Source of the DNA: Trichosphaerium sp. ATCC 40318
Taxonomy: Eukaryota; Protista; Tubulinea
Direction of reading: 5' to 3'
Assembly (NCBI GenBank): GCA_038496445.1
Contig: JALMLS010000354.1
Location: 372,001-436,000, forward strand
Length of the DNA stretch: 64,000 nt
Shown here: positions 61,267 through 64,000 of the stretch, piece after piece
Position numbering within the stretch: the stretch's first letter is position 1
How the letters are laid out: every line of letters begins with the position of its first letter
Program-made: the position numbers and the translations under genes
Notes under the pieces: model-generated
Database searches by the model: none
What the model was told of the DNA's origin: nothing
The model's input: the letters and a program-made list of their open reading frames with translations, nothing else

Positions 61267-64000
61267 TCAGTCTTCAGTACTATCACTGTTTTGGAGACTT
61301 TCCAATTCAGCTTTGTATTGTTCAGCTTTTATCCTCCATTTTTCTTTTTCTCCCTTTAGAAGTTCAAGTGCTTCCTCAAGTTCTACGTTCACAGTAAGAT
61401 AATTTAACAATTGGTATTGTATAACTTACCTTGTACTTTGTCGTCATCTACTTTGCTTTCATAGTCCATAATACTAAGGAAGAAGTCAGATTGAGTTACA
61501 GTAACGTAACAACTTAAAATTCAAAGTAATATCAAGTCACTGTACCTATCTCTATTCGGTACTTCACTATTAACAGTAATAGATCCAACTCGTGTTGATT
61601 TAGTTGTACCATTACCGCTCATTGGGACTACACGTCTAGAGTCAGGTGAATGACCACCTGCTTTTCCAGAATTCACTTTTTTGATCATCACTATTTTTTG
61701 AAGGAACAAAGATAAAACAGTGAGCCCTTGACAGAAAACGTGTCAGAAATAATGAGGTGCAATGAAAATGAGCAAGCAATGTTCGTGTGTACCTCCGCCA
61801 AAGACAACTGCCATTGATCTGAATACAAACAATCCTTCACGTTGTGTTTTAGAAGTAGATGTCCCCAAAGCGTATTGAAGTGCGAACCCAAGAATGGCGA
61901 AAAAGATGACGTTGTAAACACCAAATGCAATAACTTTTGATTCATCCAATACCTTGAAAGGAATTTTTCTTACTCTGTAAGCCAGGTACATACCAGTAAC
62001 CACAAGTATTGCCTTGAATAAATGTAAGTGACTTAAAAAGAAAACACCAAAAAGAGTCATACTTTTTCTGCAAAGAAGAGCCAGATGAAGGGTGTTGAAG
62101 CATTCGATCTATCACATGATTTATATGCGACAGACAAATCAAAGGCATCTGGGTAAATGACAATACCAGTTGGTTGATTTACCAATGAGTAAATAATAAG
62201 AAGAATCTAAAAGGAATGTTAGCAAGGAACGCCTTTTTTGTAATCTTGCTTCGAAGCTAGCGTACCAAATCAGCGAGCATGAGACCACCGATGATAGCCA
62301 ATAGATATATTACCGGTATTTTCACTCTATCCAGCTTTTTGCTGGCAGATAGAATAAGGACAATACGAAGACATTTAGCGAAGAGAGGCCTAGAGATACA
62401 AATTAATCCGCATTGTGGTATTGGTAAAGTATTCTTACCCAAACAATAACATGAATCCCAAGTTCAGAAAGTAGAGAGACAAGTGACATGTCGCATCTGA
62501 CCAAAGAGAAGGCATCCAAGTAAAATTTGAAAGATACAATATGATAGAACCTACACCGACCAAACTTAAGAACAAAGGCGAAGACCAAACGATAACCTTA
62601 AACGAAACAATAAGAACAAGCGCGAACAAAGAGTGTTCGCAACAACGTACCTTATGCCTATAGTTAATCGCTATGTATACCAAAAATGCAATACTGAGTC
62701 CAATAGCTGCAAGAGTACTTATTAAGACAATGATCTCTGCAGCAGAGCCTAGAAAAATGGCTTGTTAAAATACAGTACCAACGATTTTTCTACGCAAATA
62801 GTTTTCTTACCCCAACTCATATCGAGTTCTCGATTGTTGTATGGTACAAACTCAACCAAATCGGCATTAGCCGCAGCTACTGGAGCAACTACTTTAAAAA
62901 CGGAACCACTATTTAAGTTCTCAACGGATGAATTCTGTATTTGAATAAAGTAACTACAAGCAATTTGTTAGAGAACAACTTGATATAAAAAAGGTCATAC
63001 GGCCTCTTCTTCTGTCCAAGGGCTATGTCCCATGAGAATTCTCCATTATTTGTTTTGAAAACAGACCGCGTGAGTGATTCTAAGCGTAGATTTAACCACA
63101 GTTTTGATAGTTGTAAAGGTGTACCTTTCACAAAGGCGTGATCAAAGCGTTCAACAGCTTGTTTCTGAACATTAAATTAATACGTTTTTGATACTTTAAA
63201 GCACGTGCCTGGAGGGTTCTTATAATGAACGAAGCTCCAACAAACCCAAACTCTGTTGAACCTGTGCTTAAGTACTGACCGACACTTGTATTGGGCTTAT
63301 TATTGTTGAACTCGGCAATATCTGCTGTAACTTCTTTGTATGTTCTTCCAGTGAAGTCATCCGGAGGAAAACTTGGGTCCACAACACGCTACATCTTTGT
63401 AAGACAACCGGTAAAACAGATATTAGTGTATGTTCCTTTGTAGTACCTGGACAACACCAGTTTGTAAATTTTCTGCTGGCGTATGCACTGAACAAACGTG
63501 TAAGGGTTTTATTAGAAGCTCAAATGAGGCTCACCTGCATTAGCTACCATTTCACCTCGGACAACTAGTTTAGGAGCCCAGTTTTCTCTTTCCATTGCTC
63601 TGGCAAACTCTTGTTGCTCCGCCAAGAAAGCAGTAAATACAACAACATCAACATCAGGAAACTCCTTAACAGCAATTTAAGCATCAACAGATTTACGTAT
63701 GTATGACGTACAGATGCTGCCAATTGTACTGTTTTGGTGACATTTGGAAAGCTCAATGTAGAGTTTGACGTGTTTATGATCGTGTACTCTTTGACCAACT
63801 TTGCCCCAGTCTCAGCTACTTGCGCTGACAGTGCCTATCAAAGAACAATTATTATCATTTAGAGTGTTAAATCACTTACGGTACACCTGTTTCCAATTAC
63901 ATCGTGATTAAATATGCACATTTGTATTATTGTCTTAAGTCCTTTTATCCTTATGTAAGGAAGAACAGAGTCCCAATAGCTGAAATACCAATAAGAATAC
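61267..64000 (-). CDS. Class C (GABA-B-like/Grl-type) GPCR, 5' end off window
   Basis: 7tm_3 motifs IVWSSPLFL, LGFMLLFGPLFAKCLRI, GMYLAYRVRKIP..LDESKVIAFGVYN; C-terminal coiled coil; extracellular domain upstream. Confidence 0.9.

Noticed and set aside
1-64000. Alternative genetic code to explain the fragmented ORFs
   Set aside because: Breaks coincide with GT-AG introns, and TAA, TAG and TGA all end conserved genes.
1-64000. tRNA, rRNA, snoRNA genes and U12-type introns
   Set aside because: No cloverleaf, rRNA similarity, paired C/D boxes or RTATCCTT donors seen by eye; tRNAscan-SE and Infernal would be needed to exclude them.

Overview
AT-rich eukaryotic genomic DNA, probably from an aerobic, mitochondriate amoeboid protist (inferred from gene content, not established). 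It is gene-dense (about 30 genes in 64 kb) with many short spliceosomal introns, often starting GTACG. The ORF track shows only exon fragments, so gene models were spliced by hand and their ends are approximate. Recognisable genes: UTP15, an alpha/beta hydrolase, a TM J-protein, a GT61-like glycosyltransferase, a PPR protein, a TSP3-repeat secreted protein, ING, a RanBP2 zinc-finger protein, a GLOD5-like protein, GINS2/Psf2, mitochondrial L7/L12, ZFPL1, QCR8, a patatin, a TBC Rab-GAP, an NDUFA2-like protein, a PhyH-like dioxygenase and a class C GPCR. The main oddities are: (1) a probably mitochondrial protein with five ~75-aa Trp-rich repeats on phase-matched exons fused to a PD-(D/E)xK-like (RAP/Vsr-type) domain (23.5-26.2 kb); (2) an accessory island (50.8-56.4 kb) bounded by inverted copies of a decayed gene, holding two intronless F-box/LRR genes, one with 21-aa repeats varying mainly at three positions, plus a Gypsy-type 3' fragment whose candidate LTR abuts that gene; (3) about 10-fold over-representation of the palindrome CACGTG across the window; (4) a paxillin-like LD-motif protein ending in a calpain-III-like domain; (5) a secreted ricin-lectin protein that looks Bacteroidota-derived.
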